DNA of 64,000 nucleotides from Chlorokybus atmophyticus (lineage: Eukaryota; Plantae; Mesostigma and Chlorokybus algae): the NCBI GenBank assembly GCA_009103225.1, contig RHPI01000797.1:371064-435063 (forward strand). Direction: 5' to 3'. Below the pieces are notes generated by a model. It was not told the origin of the DNA and searched no databases. It was given only the letters and a program-made list of their open reading frames with translations. Of this stretch, positions 39,223-50,120 are shown piece after piece (the first letter of the stretch is position 1; the number at the start of each line of letters is the position of its first letter). A program made the position numbers and the translations under genes.

Positions 39223-39672
39223 GGCGCCAACAGCGGCGACGACACCGACGACACTAACGACGACACTACAGCTGCGTAAGCGCACGCGAATAAGTACGCA
39301 CACTGTTATAGACCAGTACGGTGTACGGTCTATATCAGTGCGTAGGCTACCGCTTGCAAGGTGGTTCAAGCGCTAGCAACACGCAGCTTACCACCGGTAC
39401 GCGCTGGTACGGCTTCTACCGGATGCGTGAATCCGGCTTTGAGCTCTGCGTAAGTGGATGTCGCCTATCAGGTTCGAAATTGCCAGCTGGACACTGGCGA
39501 CGACGTTGCTCGCAGCGGTGGCGACTCGGTGGTGGAGGGGATTGCGCTAGTGTCAAGCTTTCTGCATTGTGCTGGCTCTAGGCATGCTTGGTTTGCTTAC
39601 ATTCCAGCAGTCGTACGTCATGTGTTAGTCTGCCTGTTGCTTTTGCCCCTAAGCAAGAAGCGGCTGGAAGCA

Positions 39673-42600
39673 ATGGCTTCTGCGGCGGTGGCTAAGAGCA
39701 GCTCAGGGGAGAGGGCACCGCTGTCCTCGCCCGCAGGTGTAACATCGACGTCGCCGGTATGGTCGTCCACCTCTGCGGGTGGGATCTCCATAGCCAGTCC
39801 CCGCCCGCAGGTTGCCCTGCCGGGCCAGATTATGAGTGCGGCAAGCACGCCTCGCTCAGTCGCTTCCACAGCTGTTGGTGATAAGGCTACAACTACCCGT
39901 CAGGTGCGCATGGCTCTTTGTGCATGGTGTGAGCAAGGAGCTGCATATGGAGTCAGGTTGGTACACGCCGTCCCAGCTGACAATGCAGGCATGGAATAGC
40001 CAAGCAGCAGTCCGTCAGCTAGCTAGTGCTAGTGGGTGACCATTTGGCTCTTCGTGTTTACATGCTTGTACTCCTTCATGCTGCCAGGGTTGGTGTGCTA
40101 CTTATACGTCTGCTGCATGGGTACAGTCACTGTGTAACATGAAATGACAATGCGGTTCAGCATACGCTGTACGTTGTAGTGTCGCCAATTGGTTGTTGCC
40201 GTTTTACTACCACTTTGCGCAGGCAAGCTCAAAGTGGCTAAGCGAAAGGCTGCATGGTGTAGCTGCTGATCCACTTGCTTGTTGCTTATGCAGCTTGCTG
40301 GTGTGTGCTGTGCAGGTGATTGGCCTCAGCAAGGCGCAGAGCCGTAGGTTTGCTCAACTGCAAGAAAAGACAAAGGAGAAGTTGACTCCTGCCTCCGAGA
40401 AATTGCATGCGCTGCTGGAGTCCCACTGGAGGTGGCGCTTGGAAAACTCTCCTGAGTTGGCGACGTTTGTTGGTGACTTTGCAAATGCAAATGCGTTGGT
40501 AAGCATTTGGTGTGGCACTGCTTGCATAGTCCCTGTTGATTGCTCAAGTACTGCAATTCAATTGCACCGAGCAAACCTTGCCTTGTCACCCGCTACGAAT
40601 GCGGTTTATTTTGCAAGGATGATCGCAGTCAGGAGCAGATGGAGAGTTCTTACCGCCAGCTGTTGCATATGCTGGAGAGCGTGCGCAGCTTTCCCGCTCA
40701 CGAGTTGACAGAATACAAAGAGAGAATGCACCTCGCAGTCCTCGTACACCAACTGCGGACAGTTGTGCAAGGCGTGCGCTTTCGAACCTTTCTCATGGTG
40801 TGACATTTTGTACAACGCGATCTTGTCTGTAACTTGCTACCTCTGCTACCCTTGTCAGCTCATTGGTTGCTGCCTGCAGCCCGTTCATCGCATTGATGGT
40901 CCACAGCGGCAGTTTCCTTTCCTCCTTCGTCACATGCGCTACTCTTCCGTCCGAGACTATGTTTGTTACTTATCTCGGTTGCGAGGTTTTGAAAAAAAGA
41001 CAGAACAGCTTGTTGATCTTATGCGACAGGTGCGGCTACTTGACCACTTGATTTGTTTAAACTCATTGCACTGTACCTCTCCCATTAGCAGCAATTGTGA
41101 TCTGACACTTTCAGGGCCTTGCTGAGGGCATGACACCGCCAAGGCTTGCCATGACTGGCATGTTGGAACACATCCGAAGCGGTTTGGCCGTGCCTCCGGA
41201 GGAAACAGGCTTCTTCGTGCCTCTGAGGGCTGCAGAAGAGAACGTTCTCACAGCAAACACAACTCAAGGCGACGTCCTGGATGAAGAAAATGTACTGAGA
41301 TTTGACAGCCTTGAGGTATGCCTAAGCTGCCGTTACATTTAACCGTGCATGCAGCTGCTTGCGCACATAGTAGCTTCTTTAGCATTGATAACTTTTGAAT
41401 GCCTGCAGTCTTTGCGTGCCAAAGGGGCGCGCATTATCCAGGAGTCGGTGCAACCGGCCTTCCAGCAGCTTTTGGACTTTGTGGAGAAGGAGTACATGCC
41501 AGCGCTTCGCCCGTTGCAGGACATTTCCTGTGCCAGTCTACCCAATGGAGAAGCGCTGTACATGCAATGCCTGAGGTTTCACACCGATTCGGATACGCCA
41601 GCTGCGGAGCTGCACAAGATGGGCCTCAGTGAAGTGGAGCGCATCAGTGGACTCATGTCCAATGTCCTTCGCGCTGCACATTACACTGGCAGCATGCAAT
41701 CCTTTGGTGAACACTTGGCTGAGCAGCCGCAGCTGCATTATCAAAGCCGTGAGCAGATGCTGGAGCATGTCAATCACCTGTGTCGGCAAGTTGAGGAGCA
41801 GCTCGCTGAGGTGTTTCCGAAACCCAACTTATCGTACAAGGTGATGGAGTTCCCAATCTACCAGAAAGAGGCGTGGATGAGCATGTACTACTTCACGCCG
41901 TCATTTGACACCAGGCGCGAAGGCAAGCTCTTCATCAACACGCACTACAGCAAGCGGCGCAACATGTATGAGATGGTGGCATACACGTTGCACTACATTG
42001 GCGGTTGGCACGTGCCGATGGGATTGGCCATTGAATCCGACCTGCCAAACTTCCGCAAACTCCCCGATATGGTACGCGTTGGCGACGCACCTTGCCGCTT
42101 TCCGCTTTACTCTGCCTACCGCAATGGATTAGCGCTTTATTGCGAGTCCCTCGGTGACGAAATGGGCCTGTATAATGACCCGTACCAGCTATTTGGATAC
42201 AACAAGCACAGCATGCTGGCCGCCTGCGGACTCGTTGTGGACACTGGCATACATGCGATGGGATGGACGCATGACCAGGCCATGGAATTCATCATGAAGC
42301 ACGTGCCTGGGTTGCCACGCGCAGCCGTTGAGGAAGAGCTTGTCCGCGTCATGGTGTGGCCCGGACACGCATGCTCTTTCAAGGTATCAAGTTCAGCATG
42401 TAATGCACCGCAAGTGTGTTAACAGTGCAGCATGTCGCCTAGTATAGATCTTCTGTGTGTCGGTGCCTGTTACAAGCTGTGATAGTCCCTCAGCTCATGT
42501 GCAGTCTCGTGATGGCTTCTGCATTGCAGGTGGGTGAGATGAAGATTCAAGACCTCAGAACCAAAGCGAAGACGGAGTTGCGGAGCCTTTACAACAACAA

Positions 42601-42736
42601 AGCCTTCCACACAGTGTTAGTGGAGGGCTCAATGCTGCCGCTTCCGGTGCTGGCCACGGAAGTGGACCGTTACATCAAGCGAGTACAGGCAGACAAGGTT
42701 GCGGCTGACATGGCTATACTTGCCTCGAGTTCGTAA
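39673..42736 (+). CDS. DUF885-family protein with degenerate metal-binding motifs and a putative N-terminal TM segment
   Basis: LLESHWRWRLENSPELATFVGD, YLSRLRGF, IIQESVQPAFQQLLDFVEKEYMP, SLPNGEALYMQCLRFHT, ELHKMGLSEVERI, LALYCESLGDEMGLYNDPY, LVVDTGIHAMGW, PGHACSFK|VGEMKIQDLR, FHTVLVEGSMLPL. This is the DUF885 pattern. The start codon and the small 5' exons are uncertain. Confidence 0.85.
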
Positions 42737-43658
42737 GTTTTGTGTCGATGTGGCATATACGAGGACGTGCATGCACGTTCCCAGTTAGTGTGTAGACTAG
42801 GACGCTGTACAGTTATGAATGATTAGTGCAGACCCCGCATCAACAATCCTGTGTATGATGAAACTTGAACAACGCTGTTTGGCCTCAACGTGTGCACCTT
42901 AAATCTCATTTGTGATCTACTGTGCTACGAAGCACATCCATGTACTTCATGTACAGTGTGAAATTCAAGTAAGCACCTTGCTTGTCCAAGCAATCAATTT
43001 GGCATCAGCAGGAGTTGACAGGTATACGGTTGGTTGCGCAGGTCTGCATGATACTCGTGTGCATTAAATGCAGCTGTAACTCAGCTGTGACTCATCTCTG
43101 CAGTTCGGCAGTCCAACTGCAGAGCAGTTGTTTGCTGCCATTTTCTTAGGTTGGTCGTATATTCTGCATATCAATCAGTCAATATTGAACTACACCACTC
43201 AGTACACTGTGAGACTGAAACGTCGTGCATCGTTGATCATCGCATGCAATTCTGGTTTTTCTCGTTCAGTATTGCAATTGTGGGCTTGGGCTTTCTTCCT
43301 GAGCTGTGTCTCTTTGTTTGCGGCAGTGGTGGTGGTTGGGGCGATGCAGATGTATTGAAGTTCTGGTGCTGGTGGTGACTAACAGGTTGGTATAGTGTAT
43401 GGTACGCCATTAGGGTCATGTGTTGCAGTGCTGGCCTGCCGTTTGCTGTTCTGTGTAGCGTTGTTGGCGTTGGCAGTGATGGTGGCTGTTGATGTGGTGG
43501 CAGCGATGGGGTGGTTGGCGTGTTCAAATGTTCTGAATAAATAGGTGTTGCTGATGGCTATTAGGTCGTACGCTCTCTCCCTGCACGGCCAAACGGGTCA
43601 TAGCTCGCGTTCTGGCTGATTGTCTGGTCTTGTTCTGATCAATGGTGTTGTGTCGGCA

Positions 43659-43738
43659 GTGATGGTATTACCATCACCCAAACAACCGCCACCGGCGCCG
43701 CCGCAAAAATGTAATGTTTGGCGGCGCCGGTGGCGGTT
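43659..43738. repeat. Two adjacent inverted repeats (9-bp arms, then 19-bp perfect arms with a 17-nt loop)
   Basis: gtgatggta-t-taccatcac (43659-43677); aaccgccaccggcgccgcc (43684-43702) pairs with ggcggcgccggtggcggtt (43720-43738). Confidence 0.9.
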
Positions 43739-45075
43739 TTTCGGCTGTTGTCCATGTTTGATGACGCAGTAACTATAGCATGTAATCAATTAGCGTTACA
43801 TGGTAGAGTGGATTAGTTAGAACGAGGGTGAGTAGTGGCGGCATGTCTTTGGGGTATGGGGCATGCCCCGACCTCGTACCGCCAAAAACGCGGCCGTTTT
43901 AACCACTACATGTACTGCAATTGCACCAAATTCCTACCGATTTTGGGTCGCCGTTGGTCAGCAGTTGCCGCTGAGATAGTTTTCAGCATCTTTTACGCAT
44001 CTTTGCAATGATTGGCCATTTCGCTGCGTGTTTCAGCAACGGCTGTTGTCACCGTTGCGATCCCATTTGATCAATCTCATGCGTGACCAAATGGTGGCCT
44101 AGCGATTTTTCGTTTAATTGAATCTTAATGTTAAGGTAATTTAGGTTAGCATTATTTTTGTGGTTGTAACCTCGGCATTACTTACTGAGTATCGCAGCAC
44201 GTACCGCGGCGTGAACGTTATGTTTAATATTAAATTTTAAAACACTTAACTGCAGGTTGCTAACCATATTGCAGCATAAGTATTCATATCGCAACATATG
44301 TGCCTTATATTGCAACACATCAGAAATATTATTTTGCCACCTTAGATAAGTGTGTTATATCTCAAATCATATGGGCCATATGCAACAATATGCCGGCATG
44401 TGCATCGTGCACGTTGTGCTTATTATTAATATTTATTCGCATATATTTTGAGCAGTTGCTAAAGTGGGGATGTGCTTTGGACGGTCGAGATCTACATTTA
44501 ACAGATTGAACGGCTGATATTTGATAAACGCCGCCTAGCCAATGAGCGGCATGCGGGCCGCGCAGCCAGGCAGTCGCGGGTGCCGCATGTGATGCCCTCG
44601 GGGTGAGGTTTGCGTGTGCCCTAATGCCGGCCGCCCCGCCCAATTAGCCGCACCGCTCGTTGGGGTGGTGGTTACGGTGTTGTGACCAGACTGTTGTAAG
44701 TTTATAATAGATGCTTGCATGAGCCATGTTTAGCCAATGTAAGTGGGGTTGTCAATTTGTCGGTTCAACGTCAAAGGCGGACATTGCCAAAGTGCGACGG
44801 CATTTGAGTTCCCACGCTGTTGTTATTTCATATATGAATTTAGGGGGTGATAGCGTTGTTGAGTTGGAGGCTCTAACCCTAATCTAATAAACCGATTGTT
44901 TTTGTAATCCAGGTGAGTTCTGTCCATGCGTTGTGGTGAGCAATCAGTACTGAGTAATCATGTGTAGTGGCAGATGGGTCAGCACCAAGTGCATGCTGTT
45001 CCATTAAGGCAATCCTTCATGCGACAACTTGATTTGTAAGTGATGAGTGCATGTGATAGACTATTTGACATGCAG

Positions 45076-46375
45076 TGTCCCAAAACTTGGGCCAGGGCAT
45101 ACCACGCTTACAAGAAGTGTATAAAGGTAAGTCGAGTTGTTGTTGGCTGTGGGTGTGTCAGTACCAATATCCGCTATGTTTGGGCTAAGCAAACAGATGC
45201 TGCCTAAGTTGGTGCTGGTTCCCATGCTGCAGCATATACTCCTTCTGAACAGGTCCGGTCTCATCCGGATACGGCGGTGGATACTGTGGAAACCAGTCAA
45301 GCTCCTCAGCCCAATGCAGCAGTACTCAGCCAACAGCAAAGCAAAATAAAGTTGTGTCTTGATTGTTGGCAAAACTTGTTTGTTTATTTTATCATACATG
45401 GTATTGACATATTTGTTGATGTTGATGGGTTGTGAAGTTGCAAGCACAACTTGACTCTAGCAGGCAATTGCGCTTGCAACTTACTGATGGAGATGCTGCA
45501 GTATTGTGGTTGCCGCAACATGTGCAAAGCACTTGGACACTGGATTGGATGTTGAACTGGTTACGAGACAGCAACGATTGGAGGAGATTGTGGTCAGCTT
45601 GCAAGGGCCAGTTCTCAACGTTGGTATGGATTGAGTTGTTGGTTGGCATGTACTTATGGTCATATTGATGGTTTTGTATGGTGTGTAGACGGGGCGGCTA
45701 ACAATGGTTCCTCTACAACTACTGCGCTGTTGTGGAGAGTAGTGCTGTTAGTACGTATATGTATTGACACTGTATAGGGGTTTTGCTTCAACTGGTATAT
45801 AATAATCATTGATACAAAGATGATGAGGGTTCATCTGTAACTCGATACGTGAGGGTAGTAAAAGGGTAGTTGATGTAATGCGAATGTGTTGCCACATGAT
45901 TAATGTAAAGTGGAGAAATGTTTGCCGCGTATTAGCTACTTGATGGAGTATTTAGTGCGTATGTGCGTGCGTGCGCGCGCGCATGTGCGTGTGATTAAAG
46001 GCACGGATTTAAAGGAAACCATACTATCTTCCGAAGAGACCAGGATTACCGTAACCTTGCCGTGCAACGAGTTAATCTCGAACTCCCTCAACCTTATTGT
46101 AGTTCTTTACCAGTGAGCACCACCTTGCATTCATGCGTCACGGTTGTTGTTGTTGTCGACGTCGACGTCATCATCCTTAACATTGTCCACTGCTCATCGC
46201 TGAGGTATGCATGCGCAGCATCAAAGGGCCGTACAGCGCACCCGTGTATGGGTACATGTATGATGAGGCCAACATGGGCGTCTTCAAGTGCGGCCACATG
46301 TGAGCCTTGGCCTTGGACTTTGACAACGATAGTGATTTCGACGACGCGACAGGACGCAAGCGATGTTCAATGCAG
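45076..46375 (+). pseudogene. Possible decayed spliced gene fragments
   Basis: Exon-like 45076-45126 (tgcag|...aag|gtaagt) joins in frame to 45197 onward, giving SQNLGQGIPRLQEVYKDAA*VGAGSHAAAYTPSEQ.... A second coding-like block at 46211-46375 has an internal TGA and ends at cag|gtac. No family recognised. Confidence 0.3.
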
Positions 46376-47990
46376 GTACACTGGTTCAGCCTGGAGTTGT
46401 ACCTAGTGTGCGCATTTGTAGCAACGACCTCACCGCGTGTCCTGACTTGGTCCTGTCATTCTCATCATCAACAACAATGTCACTAGCTCTGGGCTTGCCG
46501 CTCCTAGAAATCATTATGGTTGGTGTGTCAGCAAGCGGCAACACATAAGCTGTTGCTGGAGTGGCAATTAAAGATCAGCAACTTGTGGCGATGGTTTGCC
46601 AACTTTGCTCAATTTTTTGAAAACTTTTACATCATGTGGCAATGCAACCCAATTTAGTGATATCTTGGGCTTACATGGCTTCAAGTATTGATTAATTGTC
46701 AACACCTATCGTAGTGTAATACGGTCAAGAAATGGCAGATGAGGATATTATTCCGAGGTCAATTCATTAAAACCATGTAGATTTGTTTAACGATACGTCA
46801 ACAAAAAGAGTCCACAAGTAAAGTTCTGTCATCAAAATAAGTAACGGATAGTAAGTTTCATCAGCCATGCAGATGTGATAACTTGAATTGTCAACGAGCA
46901 TTGACTGTCACGTTTGAAGGACTGGCTTAGTCACTTTTAGTTCCTACTTCTACGATAAGTATAGAAGACCAACTTGAAGTGAGGATTCCGTATGGTGTCG
47001 AGGTGTGTGTAGCACTTGGCATACGTGCTCATGAGGTCCGTGCTTATGCACTCAATGTATAAGGACATAGCACCTACACAAGGCATTACTTACCAGTAAG
47101 TTGAGGACTGGTGATTATTTAGCGGCAGCAGAGGCATTAAAGCACTAAGAGTGTTGCCTATGTTGGTGTGTCCGAGGGTAGACAGAATTGGAATGTGCTG
47201 ATTCAGCACATGTGACAGGTCAGCGCATACGCGGCGAAGCCTTGCTTGCCTCAGACGTCCTGTGTGTCAGGTCGGGGAGCAATGAGTGATATAAAGGTGT
47301 GACTTTCATCTTGTGTGGTGGCAAATCAGTTGCTGGCCTTGCAACACTACTTGTGTGTGGGAAGCCTGGCTGAGAATGTTGAAGGGGCTCTCCTCCTACT
47401 TCCTTGTATATGTGATGTTAGTAGGGAATAATTGCAAGGTTTGTGTTGTAAGTTTTCGTGCTTGTGAAGAACTTTGTGACCCTCACCAGCAAATAAGTGA
47501 GGGGCAAACGTGACATTGAGCGTTACAACAATAAACGACAATAAACAAGGCGCATGCAATGGCGTTCACGGAGCAAGGAGCAGCGGTGGTGGCGATCTTG
47601 CCGGACGAGATCAAGTTTTTTGAGCCCACTACTAAGGCGAACGCAGTACTGCGTAAAACGACAGCAGATGTGCGCAAACTGTTGATAACGCAATGTGCTA
47701 TGGATTATAGCCTATGCTTGTATAATTTTGAGATAGAAAGTGAAAACGGTAGGAAGGAAGCGGTTTGCGCACTCATAGATAGTACGATGCACACCTTTGT
47801 ACCCTTAGTGAGGCAAGATGCTACCTCCGTCAGCATGAACAGACGCACTATTCAGACTTCTATACGGTCGTCGACATCGCACCAACACCTCAAAACCGTC
47901 AACATTGCTTGGGTTCAAAAGCTAAATGCTTCCCGGAGTGTGCTCGGGCCCTCAGACTGCCCCGCGTTTATCCGTGTTCATCGGTGCAAG

Positions 47991-47999
47991 TTAGGGTTT
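47991..47999 (+). promoter_or_regulatory. Telo-box (TTAGGGTTT) upstream of RPL28
   Basis: Exact TTAGGGTTT about 60 bp before the ATG, a partial copy at 48011, then (GGC)n. Telo-boxes are established elements of plant ribosomal-protein promoters. Confidence 0.6.
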
Positions 48000-48058
48000 G
48001 GCTTTGTGAATTAGGGTCGGCGGCGGCGGCTTGGTGGCGGGGTTGGCGTGCGGGAGCA

Positions 48059-49180
48059 ATGGCTACAATGGCGCTGAGGCTTCCAGCCCTGCACAAGCGC
48101 GTGGCACCCCTGGAAGCTGCCAGGAGATCGCCCAACGCAGCTACTGCCGGATCCGCACGGAGCTCGTTTGTGGGCGCCCCGCTGAAGCTCGCCGCCGCAC
48201 GACCTGCCGCCAAGCAGGATGGAGCTGCTGCCCCTCAAAAGCTCGTCACATGTAAGTCGTTTTTATATACTGATCCACCCTAGTCCAGTTGTTATGCTGG
48301 TCAGTGGAAACCTGACCTAGCAGGTTGAGATTGTGCATTACGTGTTGATGCCTTGTTATATACCTGTGTAGTCATCTACCTGAGCAGACTTGAGGTTGCA
48401 CATTACCTATTGTTGCGTTGTTATCATGTCATCACTATGTTATCTTGTGTTATCCTTTTGTCCAGATGTTTTGCTGGTCAGCGGACAATGACTGTCATCT
48501 ACCTGGAAGGACTGAGTAGGCATGATATTGTGCATTACGAGCTGATTCGCTTTTATCATGTTATCGCCATGTTACCATGTGATATCATTCTTGTCCAGTC
48601 GTTATGCTGGAAAGGACTGAGCAGGCATGAGGTTGTGCAATACGTTGATGCGTTCTAATGCACCTGTTGTTTACCTGAGTAGTCATCTACTTTAAAAGGA
48701 CTGAGCAGGCATTAGGTTGTGCATTACGTGCTGACTCGTTGTTATTTACCTCTTTTATACCCTTGTAGTCATCTAGCAGTACCATTTCTTGATTGCAAAG
48801 ATGTTGGTTGAAAGTCTTTGTTGCTGCCCAGCTATGTCGCGGCGGTGTCAACTCACTGGCAAGAAGGCGAACAACGCATATGTCGTCACCTTCTCCCACA
48901 AACGCAACAAGAAGCTGCAAAACGTCAACCTGCAGGTGCTTGGTGTTCATGGGCTGCTTGCGTGCAACATACCAGGGCGTGCAGCTTGGTCCTTTGGTTG
49001 CTTGAGTCTGATTCTAAGTTTGTGTTTCTCCCTATGGCACAGTGGAAGCGAGTGTTCTGGAGAGAAGGCAACAGGTTTATTCGGTTGCGGCTATCAACAA
49101 AGGCCATCAAGACCATTGACAAGATTGGGCTGGAGGCCTTGGCAAAGAAGAACAACATCGACCTCGCTAGCTTGGCATAA
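48059..49180 (+). CDS. RPL28: Plastid 50S ribosomal protein L28 (bL28c) with transit peptide
   Basis: Ala/Arg/Ser-rich transit peptide in exon 1, then [35 protein letters not shown]|[36 protein letters not shown]. Plastid/cyanobacterial type. Confidence 0.95.
48284..48780. repeat. Degenerate tandem array (about 5 units of 70-125 bp) in RPL28 intron 1
   Basis: Recurring gtagtcatcta (48368, 48494, 48679, 48766) and aaggactgagcaggcatgaggttgtgcattacg-like cores (about 48506, 48611, 48695). Confidence 0.8.
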
Positions 49181-50078
49181 GTTACTACATATGTACTTCA
49201 CTTGCTTATAACTTTGCAGTGCTGGGTTATTGGCATGCTCGCATGGCGGTGCACATTGAACCCCACAGCTTGCCGTGCTTGCAGCAACTGCTGCAGTGTC
49301 GTACAGCTTACGTATACCACGAGTTCACCTCGGCTCATGTGCACTGCTATTCTCAGCGCATCATGTAGGCACTGACTGTTACAACATATCCGTACTGCAT
49401 TCCAGTCTATTACCAGTCTATTGCAACTTGCATGCAAAGTTGCTTTTCACCACATACGAGACCTTGCAATCTGCTCCATACACCACTAGCTTGATTGATG
49501 TTCTACCTTCTTTATGGTGGGGGTGCGAGGAGAGCCGCCGATGAACCACTCAAACTGATCTTGCCGTCGCACTGTCTGGTTTGAAGTGTGCATTAGCACT
49601 TCCGCAGTGAGCAGCGCCCGACAGACAATATCCGTTATGGGCGACGGGCGTGTGCATGCCAGATCCCACCGCCAGTAACGTCAGCGCTGACAGCGGGCAC
49701 CAAATCAGCAGCTGCACAATGCGCATGTGAGGGCACACTTTAGCTGGAACCATATTACATAACAGACCCTCAGGTGGTCCCCCTTGCAGATGCCCATGTG
49801 CACTTACCTAGTCAACATGTACTTTGCGATTGTTGAAAAGTAAGTATACATGGGATTCAGTACAGCGTCAGTCGCTCACTACCGTCAGGTGTTGGGGTAT
49901 GGTTGAGGCAAGGCAAGCAATGCAAAAACCCAATACAGTCCGCCCTCGCTCTAAGCATATGGTTGGTTACCCACCATCTTGTGCTTACAGCTAGGTGTGA
50001 CACTTATGAAGTAAGCACATTGTGACTACTGCAAGTCTACCACGTTTTAAGCACACTTGCTCAAATCAAGGAAATTTG

Positions 50079-50119
<41 letters not shown>

Positions 50120-50120
50120 N

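Noticed and set aside
39465-39482. ggttcgaaat resembles a tRNA T-loop
   Set aside because: No acceptor, D or anticodon stems can be built around it.
45078-45125. NLGQGIPRLQEV resembles the RNA-polymerase large-subunit TLG(V/I)PRL motif
   Set aside because: A single short match with no other polymerase motifs nearby. Likely coincidence.
45205-45207. In-frame TAA suggesting TAA/TAG=Gln reassignment as in some ulvophytes
   Set aside because: TOP6B, RPL28, DUF885 and TBCCD1 end in TAA, and TOM40 and SERINC end in TAG, at the expected C-termini. No conserved gene has internal TAA/TAG.
42740-48000. Intact transposon or endogenous virus in the long spacer
   Set aside because: No transposase, RT, integrase, Rep/helicase or capsid motifs, and no TIR/LTR pair or TSD identified.
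47559-48014. 151-aa ORF MAFTEQGAAVV... upstream of RPL28
   Set aside because: No recognisable motif. It runs into the RPL28 promoter and telo-box, so I cannot support it as coding.
48284-48780. Repeat array as a CRISPR-like locus
   Set aside because: Units are degenerate and irregular, lack unique equal-length spacers, and sit in a eukaryotic intron with no cas genes.
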